Positions 21,337 to 31,727 of a DNA stretch of 64,000 bases are shown here, in pieces. A program made the translations under genes and the position numbers. The notes beneath the pieces are model-generated. The model made no database searches. It had not been told where the DNA came from and saw only the letters and a list, made by a program, of their open reading frames with translations. Each line of letters starts with the position of its first letter. Positions within the stretch are counted from its first letter, which is position 1. Source of the stretch: an uncultured delta proteobacterium (lineage in GTDB: Bacteria > Desulfobacterota > Binatia > UBA9968); NCBI GenBank assembly GCA_963816145.1, contig CAWFJP010000003.1, forward strand, positions 32,001 to 96,000, in the 5' to 3' direction.

Positions 21337-22416
21337 GTGAAGGCGGACGGCAAGCCCAGTATCAAGGATTTGAGCTTCAGCGAGTTTGCCGAATATCTCG
21401 CTGCAGCCAACCAGCCTGCCTACCGCGCTAAACAAGTTTGGCAATGGCTGTTCCGCGAGCATGCCACCGATTTCGCGGCGATGACTAACTTGCCGGCGGA
21501 ATTGCGCGAGCAATTGGCCGGCGCTTTTACCATCGGCCGTTTGGCGATCCTGCGCCGCCACGAGTCCTATGACGGCACGGTGAAATTTCTTTTTGGCTTG
21601 ACCGACGGCAAGAGCATCGAGAGCGTCTTAATTCCAGAAAAGAACCGGCTGACGATCTGCGTTTCGACTCAAGTAGGCTGCGCCTATGGCTGCGCCTTTT
21701 GCGCTACCGGGCTTTTAGGGTTTAAACGCAACCTTACCTGCGGCGAGATCGTCGAACAGATTATCGAAGCCAACCGCTCGCTTTCGGACCCCCGGCGCAT
21801 TACCAATGTCGTCCTCATGGGCATGGGCGAGCCCTTGGCGAACTATACGCAGACTCTGCGAGCCATCGAGATCATGGTCGACGCGGCGTGGGGAATGGAA
21901 ATCTCGCCGCGGAAAATTACCCTGTCCAGTGTCGGTTTGGTGCCGCAGATCGAAAAGCTCATGGAGGAGACCAATGTCACGCTGGCGATCTCGTTGCACG
22001 CCGCCACCGAGGAACTGCGTGGCCGCTTGATGCCGGTCAATCGCAAATATTCTCTCGAGCAGCTGATCGACTGCTGCCGCAATTTGCCGCTACCACGACG
22101 CAAACGCATTACCTTCGAGTATGTTTTGCTCGGCGGTGTGAACGATTCAACCGCGGATGCGCTGGCCTTGTGCCGGCTCTTACGTGGGGTGCCAAGCAAG
22201 GTAAACGTGATTCCGTTCAATCCCCATCCCGATAGTGAATTTTACCGGCCCTCCGACAAGGCGGTGAAACGGTTTCAACAAGTACTGTTCGATCACAAGA
22301 TACAAGTCAATTTGCGCCGGCCGCGCGGCGACGACATCGCGGCAGCCTGCGGTCAACTTCAAGGGCAGGCGCAAAGTGAATCTCTCAGTGCCGCCCAACC
22401 GGTCGCGGCGAACTAA
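21337..22416 (+). CDS. rlmN: 23S rRNA/tRNA m2A methyltransferase RlmN (radical SAM)
   Basis: CVSTQVGCAYGCAFCATG, MGMGEP, AISLHA, DIAAACGQL. Confidence 0.96.
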   Translation: MKADGKPSIKDLSFSEFAEYLAAANQPAYRAKQVWQWLFREHATDFAAMTNLPAELREQLAGAFTIGRLAILRRHESYDGTVKFLFGLTDGKSIESVLIPEKNRLTICVSTQVGCAYGCAFCATGLLGFKRNLTCGEIVEQIIEANRSLSDPRRITNVVLMGMGEPLANYTQTLRAIEIMVDAAWGMEISPRKITLSSVGLVPQIEKLMEETNVTLAISLHAATEELRGRLMPVNRKYSLEQLIDCCRNLPLPRRKRITFEYVLLGGVNDSTADALALCRLLRGVPSKVNVIPFNPHPDSEFYRPSDKAVKRFQQVLFDHKIQVNLRRPRGDDIAAACGQLQGQAQSESLSAAQPVAAN

Positions 22417-22422
22417 ATTATT

Positions 22423-23283
22423 ATGAGTCAGCCAATCATCGGCGTCATCGGCGGCAGCGGCCTGTATCAGATGGAAGGCCTCAAAGGAGTACGCGAAGTA
22501 GCTGTCACTACACCGTTCGGCAAACCTTCCGATAAGCTCGTGCGCGGCAAGCTCGGCAACAGCGACTTGGTGTTTTTGCCGCGTCACGGCAAAGGACATC
22601 GCTGGTTGCCCACGGAGGTTAACTTTCGCGCCAACATTTTCGCCATGAAGAAGTTGGGCGTCGAGCGGATTATTTCGGTCAGCGCGGTCGGCAGTCTTCG
22701 CCAGGAAGTCGCGCCCGGTCATCTCGTCGTGCCGGACCAGTTTATCGATCGAACCAGCCAACGCCCGAGCACTTTTTTTGGCAGGGGGCTGGTCGCCCAT
22801 GTCAGCCTGGCTGAGCCATTTTGCAATCATCTCTCTGGAGTGCTGGAACGCTCGGCGCGCCAGGCCGGGGCGACGGTGCACCGCGGCGGCACCTATCTAT
22901 GCATGGAAGGGCCGCAGTTCTCGACTCGAGCGGAGTCACATCTGTATCGCAGTTGGGGCGCCCACGTGATTGGCATGACCAATTTGCAAGAGGCAAAGCT
23001 GGCGCGCGAGGCGGAGATCTGTTTCACCACTTTGGCTCTGGCGACCGACTACGATTGTTGGAACGAGCACGCCGGCGACGTCGAAATCGAGCAAGTCTTG
23101 GCGGTGTTGCAGAACAATGTCACGTTAGCCCGGCAGACGATCGTTACAGCGGCGGCTGCGCTAACCGAGCAGCGCACTTGTAGCTGTGCGAGCGCGTTAA
23201 AGGATGCTATCATAACCGAACGCCGCATGATTCCACGGAAACTTCGGCAGGATCTAAAGCCCATAATAGGAAAATATCTATGA
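22423..23283 (+). CDS. mtnP: S-methyl-5'-thioadenosine phosphorylase
   Basis: IGGSG, PRHG, EGPQFSTRAES, GMTN, TDYDCW. Confidence 0.93.
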   Translation: MSQPIIGVIGGSGLYQMEGLKGVREVAVTTPFGKPSDKLVRGKLGNSDLVFLPRHGKGHRWLPTEVNFRANIFAMKKLGVERIISVSAVGSLRQEVAPGHLVVPDQFIDRTSQRPSTFFGRGLVAHVSLAEPFCNHLSGVLERSARQAGATVHRGGTYLCMEGPQFSTRAESHLYRSWGAHVIGMTNLQEAKLAREAEICFTTLALATDYDCWNEHAGDVEIEQVLAVLQNNVTLARQTIVTAAAALTEQRTCSCASALKDAIITERRMIPRKLRQDLKPIIGKYL

Positions 23284-24185
23284 GCGTACTGGTTGTCGGC
23301 ACGGTTGCTTTCGATTCCATAGAGACGCCCTCGGGCTCGGCCGAGCGGATCCTCGGCGGCTCGGCGTCTTATTTTGCCTTGGGTGCGAGTTATTTTGCGC
23401 CGGTGCGTGTCGTCGGCGTCATCGGTCAAGATTTTCCTCAGGATCACCTCGACTTGTTTACCCAGCGCGGCATCGATATCGAGGGCATCACGCGCGAGAA
23501 GGGCGACACTTTTCATTGGCGCGGCCGCTATCATGAAGATATCAACCAGCGCGATACCATAGAACTTCACCTCAACGTTTTGGCCGGTTTCAAACCCAAC
23601 CTCCCGGAAAGCTATCGCGACGCGGAGTACGTCTTTCTCGGCAACATCGATCCGGTGATACAGATGGAGGTGGTCGAGCAGATTCGCCACATGAAGCTCT
23701 TGGTGTGCGATACCATGGATTACTGGATCCGCGAGAGCAACGAAGCGCTGAAAACGGTTTTGCAGCGCATCGAGATGTTGGTGCTGAACGATTCCGAAGC
23801 GCGGCTACTGAGCGGCTACGACAACATTGTCAAAGCCGCGCGGGCGATCCTGCGCATGGGACCGAAGATGGTTTTGATCAAGCGCGGCGAGTATGGGGTT
23901 TTGCAATTTTCCAATTCTTCAGTTTTCGCCACACCAGCGTATCCTCTCGAAGAGGTTTTCGACCCCACTGGCGCCGGCGACTCTTTTGCGGGTGGCCTCA
24001 TGGGTCAGCTAGCCCGTTCCGGCGATGTCAGCCAGGGCGGCTTGCGCCGCGCCATCGTCTATGGCTCTGTGGTGGCGTCATTCACCGTGGAAGATTTTGG
24101 GGTCAAGCGGCTCACCGATGTTTCCCTGCCGGAAATCGAAGATCGCTACCAACGATTTATCGAGTTGACCGATTTTCATTCTTGA
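23280..24185 (+). CDS. PfkB-family carbohydrate/nucleoside kinase
   Basis: LGGSASYF, NDSEA, DPTGAGDSFAGG. Confidence 0.9.
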   Translation: MSVLVVGTVAFDSIETPSGSAERILGGSASYFALGASYFAPVRVVGVIGQDFPQDHLDLFTQRGIDIEGITREKGDTFHWRGRYHEDINQRDTIELHLNVLAGFKPNLPESYRDAEYVFLGNIDPVIQMEVVEQIRHMKLLVCDTMDYWIRESNEALKTVLQRIEMLVLNDSEARLLSGYDNIVKAARAILRMGPKMVLIKRGEYGVLQFSNSSVFATPAYPLEEVFDPTGAGDSFAGGLMGQLARSGDVSQGGLRRAIVYGSVVASFTVEDFGVKRLTDVSLPEIEDRYQRFIELTDFHS

Positions 24186-24189
24186 ACCG

Positions 24190-25143
24190 ATGGATCTTTC
24201 TGTTGTCATTCCCGTCTACAACGAGGAAGAAAATGTCGAACCGCTGATCGTCGAGATCGAGGCGGCTTTGGCGCCGCTTGGGAAAAGTTATGAAATTGTC
24301 ATGGTCGACGATGGCAGTAATGATGCGACTTTCGCTAAACTAAGATCGATTCACGAGCGCTTGGGCCAACTCAAGGTCGTTCGCCTCAAGCGCAACTTCG
24401 GCCAGACGGCAGCGCTGGCCGCAGGACTAGCGCGGGCGCGCGGCGCCGTGGTGATTCTTATGGATGGCGACGGGCAAAACGATCCCGCCGATATTCCAGC
24501 GCTTTTGCGCAAGCTTGATGAAGGCAACGATCTGGTGGCCGGCTGGCGGCACAATCGCCAAGATCCCTTTCTCAATCGTCGGTTGCCCTCGATGATCGCC
24601 AATCAGCTGATTTCCTTTACGACCCATGTGAAATTGCATGATTACGGCTGTACCTTAAAAGCGATGCGCCAGGATGTCGCGAGAAATTTGCGCCTGTACG
24701 GCGAAATGCACCGCTTTATTCCGGCCATCGCTTATGAGCGCGGCGCGCGCATCGCCGAATTGAAGGTCAATCACCGGCCGCGCCTGCGCGGCACTTCGAA
24801 GTATGGTATTAGCCGAACTTTGCGTGTCGTGTTGGATTTGTTGACGGTAAAATTTCTCAGCAGCTATTCGACCCGACCGTCCCATGTGTTCGGCCCCATC
24901 GGCCTGGGTAGCGCGCTTCTCGGTTTTATCATCGGACTATACCTGTCTGCGCAGAAACTGTTGTATGGCCAGGATATCGGCGGCCGGCCGCTGTTGTTGC
25001 TCAGCATTCTGTTAATATTCATCGGTTTTCAATTTGTCACCATGGGTTTATTGGGCGAGATGTTGGCGCGCACCTATCACGAGTCTCAGGACCGGCCGGT
25101 ATACGTGGTCGGCGAATTTCTAGAGGGAGGAATCGGCGCATGA
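24190..25143 (+). CDS. Glycosyltransferase family 2 (DPM1/GtrB-like, C-terminal TMs)
   Basis: SVVIPVYNEE, VDDGS, RNFGQ, MDGDGQND, HDYGC, GEMHRFIP. Confidence 0.92.
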   Translation: MDLSVVIPVYNEEENVEPLIVEIEAALAPLGKSYEIVMVDDGSNDATFAKLRSIHERLGQLKVVRLKRNFGQTAALAAGLARARGAVVILMDGDGQNDPADIPALLRKLDEGNDLVAGWRHNRQDPFLNRRLPSMIANQLISFTTHVKLHDYGCTLKAMRQDVARNLRLYGEMHRFIPAIAYERGARIAELKVNHRPRLRGTSKYGISRTLRVVLDLLTVKFLSSYSTRPSHVFGPIGLGSALLGFIIGLYLSAQKLLYGQDIGGRPLLLLSILLIFIGFQFVTMGLLGEMLARTYHESQDRPVYVVGEFLEGGIGA

Positions 25144-26444
25144 AGTTGGCGGTAGTGGGAACCGGGTATGTCGGCTTGGTGGCGGGAACCTGCCTGGCCG
25201 AGAGCGGCAACGAGGTGATTTGCGTCGATATTGACGCGAAGAAAATCGACATGCTCCAAGGCGGCAAAGTGCCGATCTATGAGCCGGGCTTGGAAGAGAT
25301 GGTGCGGCGTAATGCCGAGGATCAGCGCTTGAGCTTTACTACGGATCTGCCCGGCGCGGTGAAAAAATCGGAGGTTATTTTTATCGCCGTCGGCACGCCT
25401 CAAGGACCGACCGGCCACGCCAATATAGAATTCGTCAAGGCGACCGCTAAGGACATCGCAAAAGCGCTCGACTCGTTCAAAATCATCGTGACCAAGAGCA
25501 CCGTGCCGGTGGGGACGGCGGATCGAATCATAACGTGGATTGCCGAAGAGACCACACATCCCTTTGCGGTGGCGTCGAATCCAGAGTTCATGAAAGAGGG
25601 CGCGGCGGTGGAGGACTTCATGAAACCGGACCGCGTGGTGCTGGGCGGCGATAACCCGCAAGCGCTGGCGACCCTGCGCGAACTTTACGAACCCTTTGTC
25701 CGAACCGGCAATCCAATACTCATCATGGACAGCCGCAGCGCCGAGATGAGTAAATATGCCGCCAATGCCATGCTGGCGACGAAAATCTCGTTTATCAATG
25801 AAGTCGCCCGGCTGTGCGAAGAGATGAATGCTGACATCGGCGAAGTGCGCCGGGCGATCAGTCTCGATCGGCGCATCGGGCCGCATTTTATTTTCCCCGG
25901 CGTCGGCTACGGCGGCTCCTGCTTCCCCAAAGATACCCGCGCCATGATCGGTATGGGCGGCGATCGCCAAGAGATGGTTCTGCTCAAAGCGGTCGAACAG
26001 GTCAATGAACGGCAGAAACAGTTATTATTCGACAAAGTCCGGGGTCATTTTGGCGGTGAACTCGCCGGGCTGACGTTCGCCGTTTGGGGTTTGGCCTTCA
26101 AGCCGCGCACCGATGACATGCGCGATGCGCCGGCGATTAACATCATTGAATCTTTGCTCACTGCCGGCGCCCGGGTGCAAGCTTTCGATCCCGAGGCTAT
26201 GGAAGAGGCGCGAAAAATCTTCGGCGACCGCATCCAGTATACGCACCGCAATTACGATGCGCTCCATGGCGCCGCCGCGTTGCTGATCGTCACCGAGTGG
26301 AATGAGTTTCGCCGCCCCGATTTCACCCGCGTGAAAAAACTTCTCACCAACTCGGTCATTTTCGATGGCCGCAACATTTATGATCCGGCGGATCTGCGCA
26401 AGCTGGGATTTACTTATTACTCGATCGGGAGAACTCATGGCTAG
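25140..26444 (+). CDS. ugd: UDP-glucose 6-dehydrogenase
   Basis: [34 protein letters not shown]. Confidence 0.95.
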   Translation: MKLAVVGTGYVGLVAGTCLAESGNEVICVDIDAKKIDMLQGGKVPIYEPGLEEMVRRNAEDQRLSFTTDLPGAVKKSEVIFIAVGTPQGPTGHANIEFVKATAKDIAKALDSFKIIVTKSTVPVGTADRIITWIAEETTHPFAVASNPEFMKEGAAVEDFMKPDRVVLGGDNPQALATLRELYEPFVRTGNPILIMDSRSAEMSKYAANAMLATKISFINEVARLCEEMNADIGEVRRAISLDRRIGPHFIFPGVGYGGSCFPKDTRAMIGMGGDRQEMVLLKAVEQVNERQKQLLFDKVRGHFGGELAGLTFAVWGLAFKPRTDDMRDAPAINIIESLLTAGARVQAFDPEAMEEARKIFGDRIQYTHRNYDALHGAAALLIVTEWNEFRRPDFTRVKKLLTNSVIFDGRNIYDPADLRKLGFTYYSIGRTHG

Positions 26445-27369
26445 ATATTTGATTACCGGCGGCGCGGGTTTTGTCGGCTCGCACCTTTGCGAGCATTTTC
26501 TCAATCAGGGGCACGAAGTCTTGTGCATGGATAACTATTCCACCGGCGCCAACGAAAATATCGGCCAGTTTCAGAAAAATCCCCGTTTCCGCTTTATCGA
26601 TCACAACGTGAGCCGGTATATTGAAGTCCAAGAACCGTTGGACTTCGTCCTACACTTCGCCTCGCCGGCAAGTCCCATCGATTATCTGGAGTTGCCGATT
26701 CCGACCCTGAAAGTGGGCGCCTTGGGCACCCACAACACCCTAGGCCTGGCTAAGGCCAAGAACGCGACTTACCTGCTCGCGTCGACTTCCGAAGTCTACG
26801 GCGATCCGCTGGTGCGGCCGCAAAGTGAAGAGTACTGGGGCAACGTCAATCCCATTGGACCGCGCGGAGTGTACGACGAGGCGAAACGATTCGCCGAGGC
26901 AATGACCATGGCGTATCATCGGTTTCACAATCTCGACACGCGCATCGTGCGCATTTTTAACACCTACGGGCCGCGCATGCGTATCCGCGACGGCCGGGTA
27001 GTGCCCAATTTCATCATGCAGGCACTCAAAGGCGAGCCGCTGACGGTCTACGGCCAGGGGCAACAGACGCGCAGCTTTCAGTATGTCGACGATCTGGTCG
27101 CCGGGCTCGACAAGTTATTGAAGTCCGATCACCACCTGCCGGTCAATATCGGCAATCCGTATGAGATGACCGTATTGGAGTTCGCCAAGAAAATTATCGA
27201 GATGACCAAGTCCAAGAGCGAGATTGTTTACAAGCCGCTGCCGGAAGACGACCCGCAGGTGCGCCAGCCCGATATCACCAAGGCGAGGATGATCCTTGGT
27301 TGGGAGCCCAAGGTGAAACTGGAAGAAGGCTTGGTCAAAACCATCGAATACTTTCGCACCAAACTTTAG
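26437..27369 (+). CDS. UDP-glucuronate decarboxylase (UDP-xylose synthase) family
   Basis: [45 protein letters not shown]. Confidence 0.9.
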   Translation: MARYLITGGAGFVGSHLCEHFLNQGHEVLCMDNYSTGANENIGQFQKNPRFRFIDHNVSRYIEVQEPLDFVLHFASPASPIDYLELPIPTLKVGALGTHNTLGLAKAKNATYLLASTSEVYGDPLVRPQSEEYWGNVNPIGPRGVYDEAKRFAEAMTMAYHRFHNLDTRIVRIFNTYGPRMRIRDGRVVPNFIMQALKGEPLTVYGQGQQTRSFQYVDDLVAGLDKLLKSDHHLPVNIGNPYEMTVLEFAKKIIEMTKSKSEIVYKPLPEDDPQVRQPDITKARMILGWEPKVKLEEGLVKTIEYFRTKL

Positions 27370-27379
27370 GATCTACCCT

Positions 27380-28306
27380 ATGCGAATCGTGGTTACCGGC
27401 GGCGCCGGCTTTATCGCCTCGAACATTACCGACGCTTATATTGAGCACGGTCACGAGGTTCATATATTCGATGACTTTTCGACCGGTCAGCGAGCGAACC
27501 TCAACCCCAAAGCCACGCTGCACCAGATCGACATTGCCGACAGCAAGAGCGTTACGCTGATCGAGCAGATCAAACCGGATGTATTGAGCCATCACGCCGC
27601 GCAAATGGATGTGCGCCACTCGGTGGCGGATCCGAGCTTCGATGCGCGGGTGAATATTCTCGGCTTTATCAACTTACTTGAGGGCTGTAAGAACGCCGGC
27701 GTCAAGAAAGTGATCTTCGCTTCTTCCGGCGGCGCGGTGTACGGTGAGCAAGAGAGTTTTCCCGCGCCGGAAAGCCATGCGACGCAACCCGCCAGTCCCT
27801 ACGGCGTGAGCAAGCGGACGGGCGAGTTGTATCTGTCCTGTTATCACCAAACCTTCGGTTTGCCCTATATCGCCTTACGCTATGCCAATGTTTATGGCCC
27901 GCGCCAGTCGACCAAAGGGGAGGCCGGCGTGGTGGCGATCTTTTTGTCGCTGCTCTTGACTGGAAAAACTCCGGTCATCAATGGCGACGGCAAGCAGACC
28001 CGTGACTATGTTTATGTCGGCGATGTCGTCGCGGCCAACGTCGCAGCGCTGACGAGCGCTTTCGTCGGCCCGGTTAACATCGGCACGGGTATCGAAACCG
28101 ATGTAGTGACGATCTACCATCATTTGCGCGACGCCGTCGGCAGCCGGCTGCAAGCCCAACATGGCCCGGCGAAAGCAGGCGAGCAGCGGCGCAGCTGCAT
28201 CGACAATCGGCGCGCCGGTGAAGTACTGGAGTGGCGGCCGCAAGTGGCGCTGCCGGACGGTTTGCAACGCACCGCAGTCTATTATCGCGATCATTTGAGC
28301 CAATGA
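27380..28306 (+). CDS. NAD-dependent epimerase/dehydratase (UDP-glucose 4-epimerase-like)
   Basis: [31 protein letters not shown]. Confidence 0.9.
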   Translation: MRIVVTGGAGFIASNITDAYIEHGHEVHIFDDFSTGQRANLNPKATLHQIDIADSKSVTLIEQIKPDVLSHHAAQMDVRHSVADPSFDARVNILGFINLLEGCKNAGVKKVIFASSGGAVYGEQESFPAPESHATQPASPYGVSKRTGELYLSCYHQTFGLPYIALRYANVYGPRQSTKGEAGVVAIFLSLLLTGKTPVINGDGKQTRDYVYVGDVVAANVAALTSAFVGPVNIGTGIETDVVTIYHHLRDAVGSRLQAQHGPAKAGEQRRSCIDNRRAGEVLEWRPQVALPDGLQRTAVYYRDHLSQ

Positions 28307-30096
28307 AACTCGAGCATATTCGAAACTTTTCAATCATCGCGCATATCGACCATGGCAAGTCGACCCTGGCGGATCGGCTATTGGAGTTCACCGGCGCGGT
28401 GAGCGCGCGCGAGAAGACCGACCAGATTCTCGACAGCATGGAACTCGAACGGGAGCGCGGGATTACGATCAAAGCGAGCCCGGTATGCCTGCGCTACCGC
28501 GCCAAGGACGGCAAGGAGTATAAGCTCAATTTGATCGACACCCCGGGCCATGTCGATTTCACCTATGAGGTTTCCCGCAGTCTGGCCGCTTGCGAAGGCG
28601 CTTTGCTGATCGTCGATGCCGCCCAAGGTGTCGAAGCTCAAACCGTTGCTAATGTTCACATGGCGATCGATCTCAATCTCGAAGTCTTGCCGGTGATCAA
28701 CAAGATCGATCTGCCGAGCGCCGAACCGGAGCGGGTTAGACAAGATATCGAAGATGTCATCGGAATCGACGCTTCCAACGCCATCCTCGCCAGCGCTAAA
28801 GAGGGCATCGGTATCGAAGAGATCCTCGAAGGCGTGATTCACTTTTTTCCGCCGCCCGAGGGCGATATCGATGCGCCGCTGACCGCATCGATTATCGATT
28901 GTTGGTTTGATCCATACCATGGCGCGGTGGTGATGGTGCGGGTGATCGACGGCCAAGTCGCCAAGGGTTCGCGGATTCGCATGATGTCGAGTGGGCGGAG
29001 CTTTGAAGTGACCCGAACCGGCGTTTACTCACCCGGCCCGGTGGAAACTACGGGACTCAGCGCCGGCGAAGTTGGTTTTATCATGGCCGGCATCAAAGAA
29101 GTCTCGGAAACCCGGATCGGTGACACCATTACACTGGACGACAATCCCGCCAGCAAAGCGTTACCCGGTTTCAAACCGATGAAACCGATGGTGTTCAGCG
29201 GCCTCTATCCGACTGAGGCCCATCAGTATCAGCCCCTGCGCGATGCTCTCGACAAGCTGCGCTTGAACGATTCGTCGTTTACTTTCGAGCCGGAAACCTC
29301 GCAGGCGTTGGGCTTCGGCTTCCGTTGCGGCTTCTTGGGCTTGTTGCATCTGGATATCATCCGGGAACGGCTCGAACGGGAATTCAATCTAAGTCTAATT
29401 ACCACCGCGGCGACGGTTGTTTATCGGGTGACCAAGGTGACCGGCGAAGTGTTGCTGATCGACAACCCGGTGCGCATGCCCAACGAAGGTGATATCGAAA
29501 AGATTGAAGAGCCGATCATCGATGCCTCGATCCACTTGCCCCAGGAGTTTCTCGGCGGCGTCTTGGGACTCTGCCAGGAGAAACGCGGCACCCAGAAAGA
29601 GATTCGATATCTCGGTCCGAAACGGGTGATGCTGGCCTACGAACTGCCGCTCAACGAGATCGTCGCCGACTTTTACGACCGGCTAAAGTCGGTGAGCCGC
29701 GGCTACGCCTCGATGGAGTATGAACTCGCCGGCTACCGCGAATCCGACCTGGTCAAGCTCGACGTCCGCATCAACGGCGACCTCGTCGATGCCATGTCGA
29801 TGATCGTGCACCGCGACAACGCTTATTACCGCGGCCGCGATCTGGTGCAAAAGATGCGCGAACTGATCCCGCGGCAGATGTTCGAAGTGGTGATCCAGGC
29901 CGCCATCGGCAGCCGGATCGTCTCCCGCGAAGCGGTCAAGGCGCTGCGCAAGAACGTCATCGCCAAATGCTATGGCGGCGATATCACGCGCAAGCGCAAA
30001 TTGCTAGAAAAGCAAAAAGAGGGTAAGAAGCGCATGAAGCAGGTGGGCAAAGTGGAAATTCCCCAAGAGGCTTTTCTTGCCGCGCTAAAGGTGTAA
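28303..30096 (+). CDS. lepA: Elongation factor 4
   Basis: [49 protein letters not shown]; start placed at ATG 28303. Confidence 0.98.
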   Translation: MKLEHIRNFSIIAHIDHGKSTLADRLLEFTGAVSAREKTDQILDSMELERERGITIKASPVCLRYRAKDGKEYKLNLIDTPGHVDFTYEVSRSLAACEGALLIVDAAQGVEAQTVANVHMAIDLNLEVLPVINKIDLPSAEPERVRQDIEDVIGIDASNAILASAKEGIGIEEILEGVIHFFPPPEGDIDAPLTASIIDCWFDPYHGAVVMVRVIDGQVAKGSRIRMMSSGRSFEVTRTGVYSPGPVETTGLSAGEVGFIMAGIKEVSETRIGDTITLDDNPASKALPGFKPMKPMVFSGLYPTEAHQYQPLRDALDKLRLNDSSFTFEPETSQALGFGFRCGFLGLLHLDIIRERLEREFNLSLITTAATVVYRVTKVTGEVLLIDNPVRMPNEGDIEKIEEPIIDASIHLPQEFLGGVLGLCQEKRGTQKEIRYLGPKRVMLAYELPLNEIVADFYDRLKSVSRGYASMEYELAGYRESDLVKLDVRINGDLVDAMSMIVHRDNAYYRGRDLVQKMRELIPRQMFEVVIQAAIGSRIVSREAVKALRKNVIAKCYGGDITRKRKLLEKQKEGKKRMKQVGKVEIPQEAFLAALKV

Positions 30097-30108
30097 ATTG
30101 GAGTCTTC

Positions 30109-30765
30109 ATGGCTGAAAAAGTAAAAGAACAAGCTGTTAGCGAGGGCAGCGTGGGACAGAAAGTCAAATCGACGTTTCGCGAGTACGCCGAAGCGATCTT
30201 GATGGCGCTGCTCCTGGCGCTGTTCATCCGCACCTTCATCGTCCAGGCGTTCAAGATTCCCTCGGGCTCGATGATCCCGACCTTGGCGATCGGCGATCAT
30301 ATTCTGGTCAACAAGCTCTCCTACGGCATACGTATACCCTTTCTCGAAAAATATCTGGTCGAGTTCGGCGCGCCGGCGCGCGGCGACGTCATCGTTTTCA
30401 TCTATCCCGAAGACCGTTCCAAGGATTTTATAAAGCGGGTGATCGGCGTCGCCGGCGACAATGTCGAAGTGCGCAACAAAAAGGTATACATCAACGGCAA
30501 AGCGGTGGAGGATAGCCACGCCCACTTCGAGGGCTACGATCCCCAGCTCGGCGGGACGGTGAACGGCGACAACTACGGTCCGAAGGTGGTTCCCGAAGGC
30601 CATGTCTTCGTTATGGGCGACAATCGCGACCGCAGTTACGACAGCCGGTTCTGGGGTTATGTCAGCTTAAGCGAAGTGCGCGGCAAAGCGTTTTTGATCT
30701 ATTGGTCTTGGGACGGCACCGACCGCTGGGTGCGTTGGGAGCGTCTCGGTAGCTTGATCCGCTAA
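30109..30765 (+). CDS. lepB: Signal peptidase I
   Basis: IPSGSMIPTL, FIKRVIG, MGDNRDRSYDSR; follows lepA. Confidence 0.97.
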   Translation: MAEKVKEQAVSEGSVGQKVKSTFREYAEAILMALLLALFIRTFIVQAFKIPSGSMIPTLAIGDHILVNKLSYGIRIPFLEKYLVEFGAPARGDVIVFIYPEDRSKDFIKRVIGVAGDNVEVRNKKVYINGKAVEDSHAHFEGYDPQLGGTVNGDNYGPKVVPEGHVFVMGDNRDRSYDSRFWGYVSLSEVRGKAFLIYWSWDGTDRWVRWERLGSLIR

Positions 30766-30818
30766 CCGATGACGCCTTCGCGAGCGATGGAACCCCGAAT
30801 GAAAGGCTAATCGATGAG

Positions 30819-31106
30819 ATGACGAAAACAGTAAAAATACTATTGACCGGATTGTCGGTTTTGCTCCTGCTATTGGTGTTGGTCAATATCTTTATCGGGT
30901 TCGGCAACCAATCGATTCAGAGCGAGGTGAGCGAACGCCAGCAGGTCATCGCCCAGACCATGCAGCTCGAAGCGCTCAACCGGCAACTGATCAACGTGCT
31001 CGCCAATCTGGCGCTGAAGACCAACGACGAGCCACTCATGGGTGTGTTGGCTTCGGCGGGCATCAATCTGCAAACCGCCCCGCAAACTAAAGCGCCGGCG
31101 AAATGA
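30819..31106 (+). CDS. Hypothetical bitopic membrane protein with coiled coil
   Basis: N-terminal TM followed by a Gln-rich helix; sits in the same orientation downstream of lepB. Confidence 0.75.
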   Translation: MTKTVKILLTGLSVLLLLLVLVNIFIGFGNQSIQSEVSERQQVIAQTMQLEALNRQLINVLANLALKTNDEPLMGVLASAGINLQTAPQTKAPAK

Positions 31107-31113
31107 GGCAAGT

Positions 31114-31509
31114 ATGGACGGAGAAAACAATCTCGATAATGACACAGCTGAAGCGGTTGGCGGCGAACCGGCGCCAACTCAGTCCAATCTGCCGCTAGTG
31201 ATCACCTTGGTAGCCCTGCTCACTTATTTCGGCTTTCAAACCTTCTCCCTGCTCGCGGAACGGGGCAACCTGGGCCATGTGAAGAGCAGCCAAGAAAATG
31301 CACTCCAAGAAGCCCAGAAGATCCAGTCCCAATTCCGAACCCTGGTGACCAAGACCGGCGAGCTCGCCGACAAAGGCCACTCCGGCGCGAAGTTGGTGAT
31401 GGAAGGGTTGCAGCGCCAGGGCATGGGCATGGCCGGTCCCGCTGCTAAGGCTGCAGAGAAAACTCCAGAAAACGTTCCAGAAAAGGCCGAAGCGAAACCC
31501 GCCAAATAG
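31114..31509 (+). CDS. Hypothetical bitopic membrane protein with coiled coil
   Basis: GAGG RBS, ATG at 31114, acidic N-terminus, TM (LPLVITLVALLTYFGF), coiled coil, Ala/Lys/Pro-rich tail. Confidence 0.75.
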   Translation: MDGENNLDNDTAEAVGGEPAPTQSNLPLVITLVALLTYFGFQTFSLLAERGNLGHVKSSQENALQEAQKIQSQFRTLVTKTGELADKGHSGAKLVMEGLQRQGMGMAGPAAKAAEKTPENVPEKAEAKPAK

Positions 31510-31668
31510 TTTTCTCCAAGCCATTCAGTTAGCCCCTCTGACGGGTTAGCGCAACGTAACGCGAGAATTGGTTTGCGTTAAATCAAATGAATTGTCGATA
31601 GCGTCGGGTAAGCTGCGCTAATCCGACCTATACCTGCTGCCGCATCCCTGACAATTTGCCATTTCTTA

Positions 31669-31697
31669 TTGACCCTCCGCAAAATTACCTTTAGCTT
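31669..31697 (+). promoter_or_regulatory. Putative sigma70 promoter for lhr
   Basis: TTGACC-N17-TAGCTT about 30 nt upstream of the TTG start. Confidence 0.45.
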
Positions 31698-31727
31698 GAA
31701 ATTCTCCATGCAGCGGGGAATTCCAGC

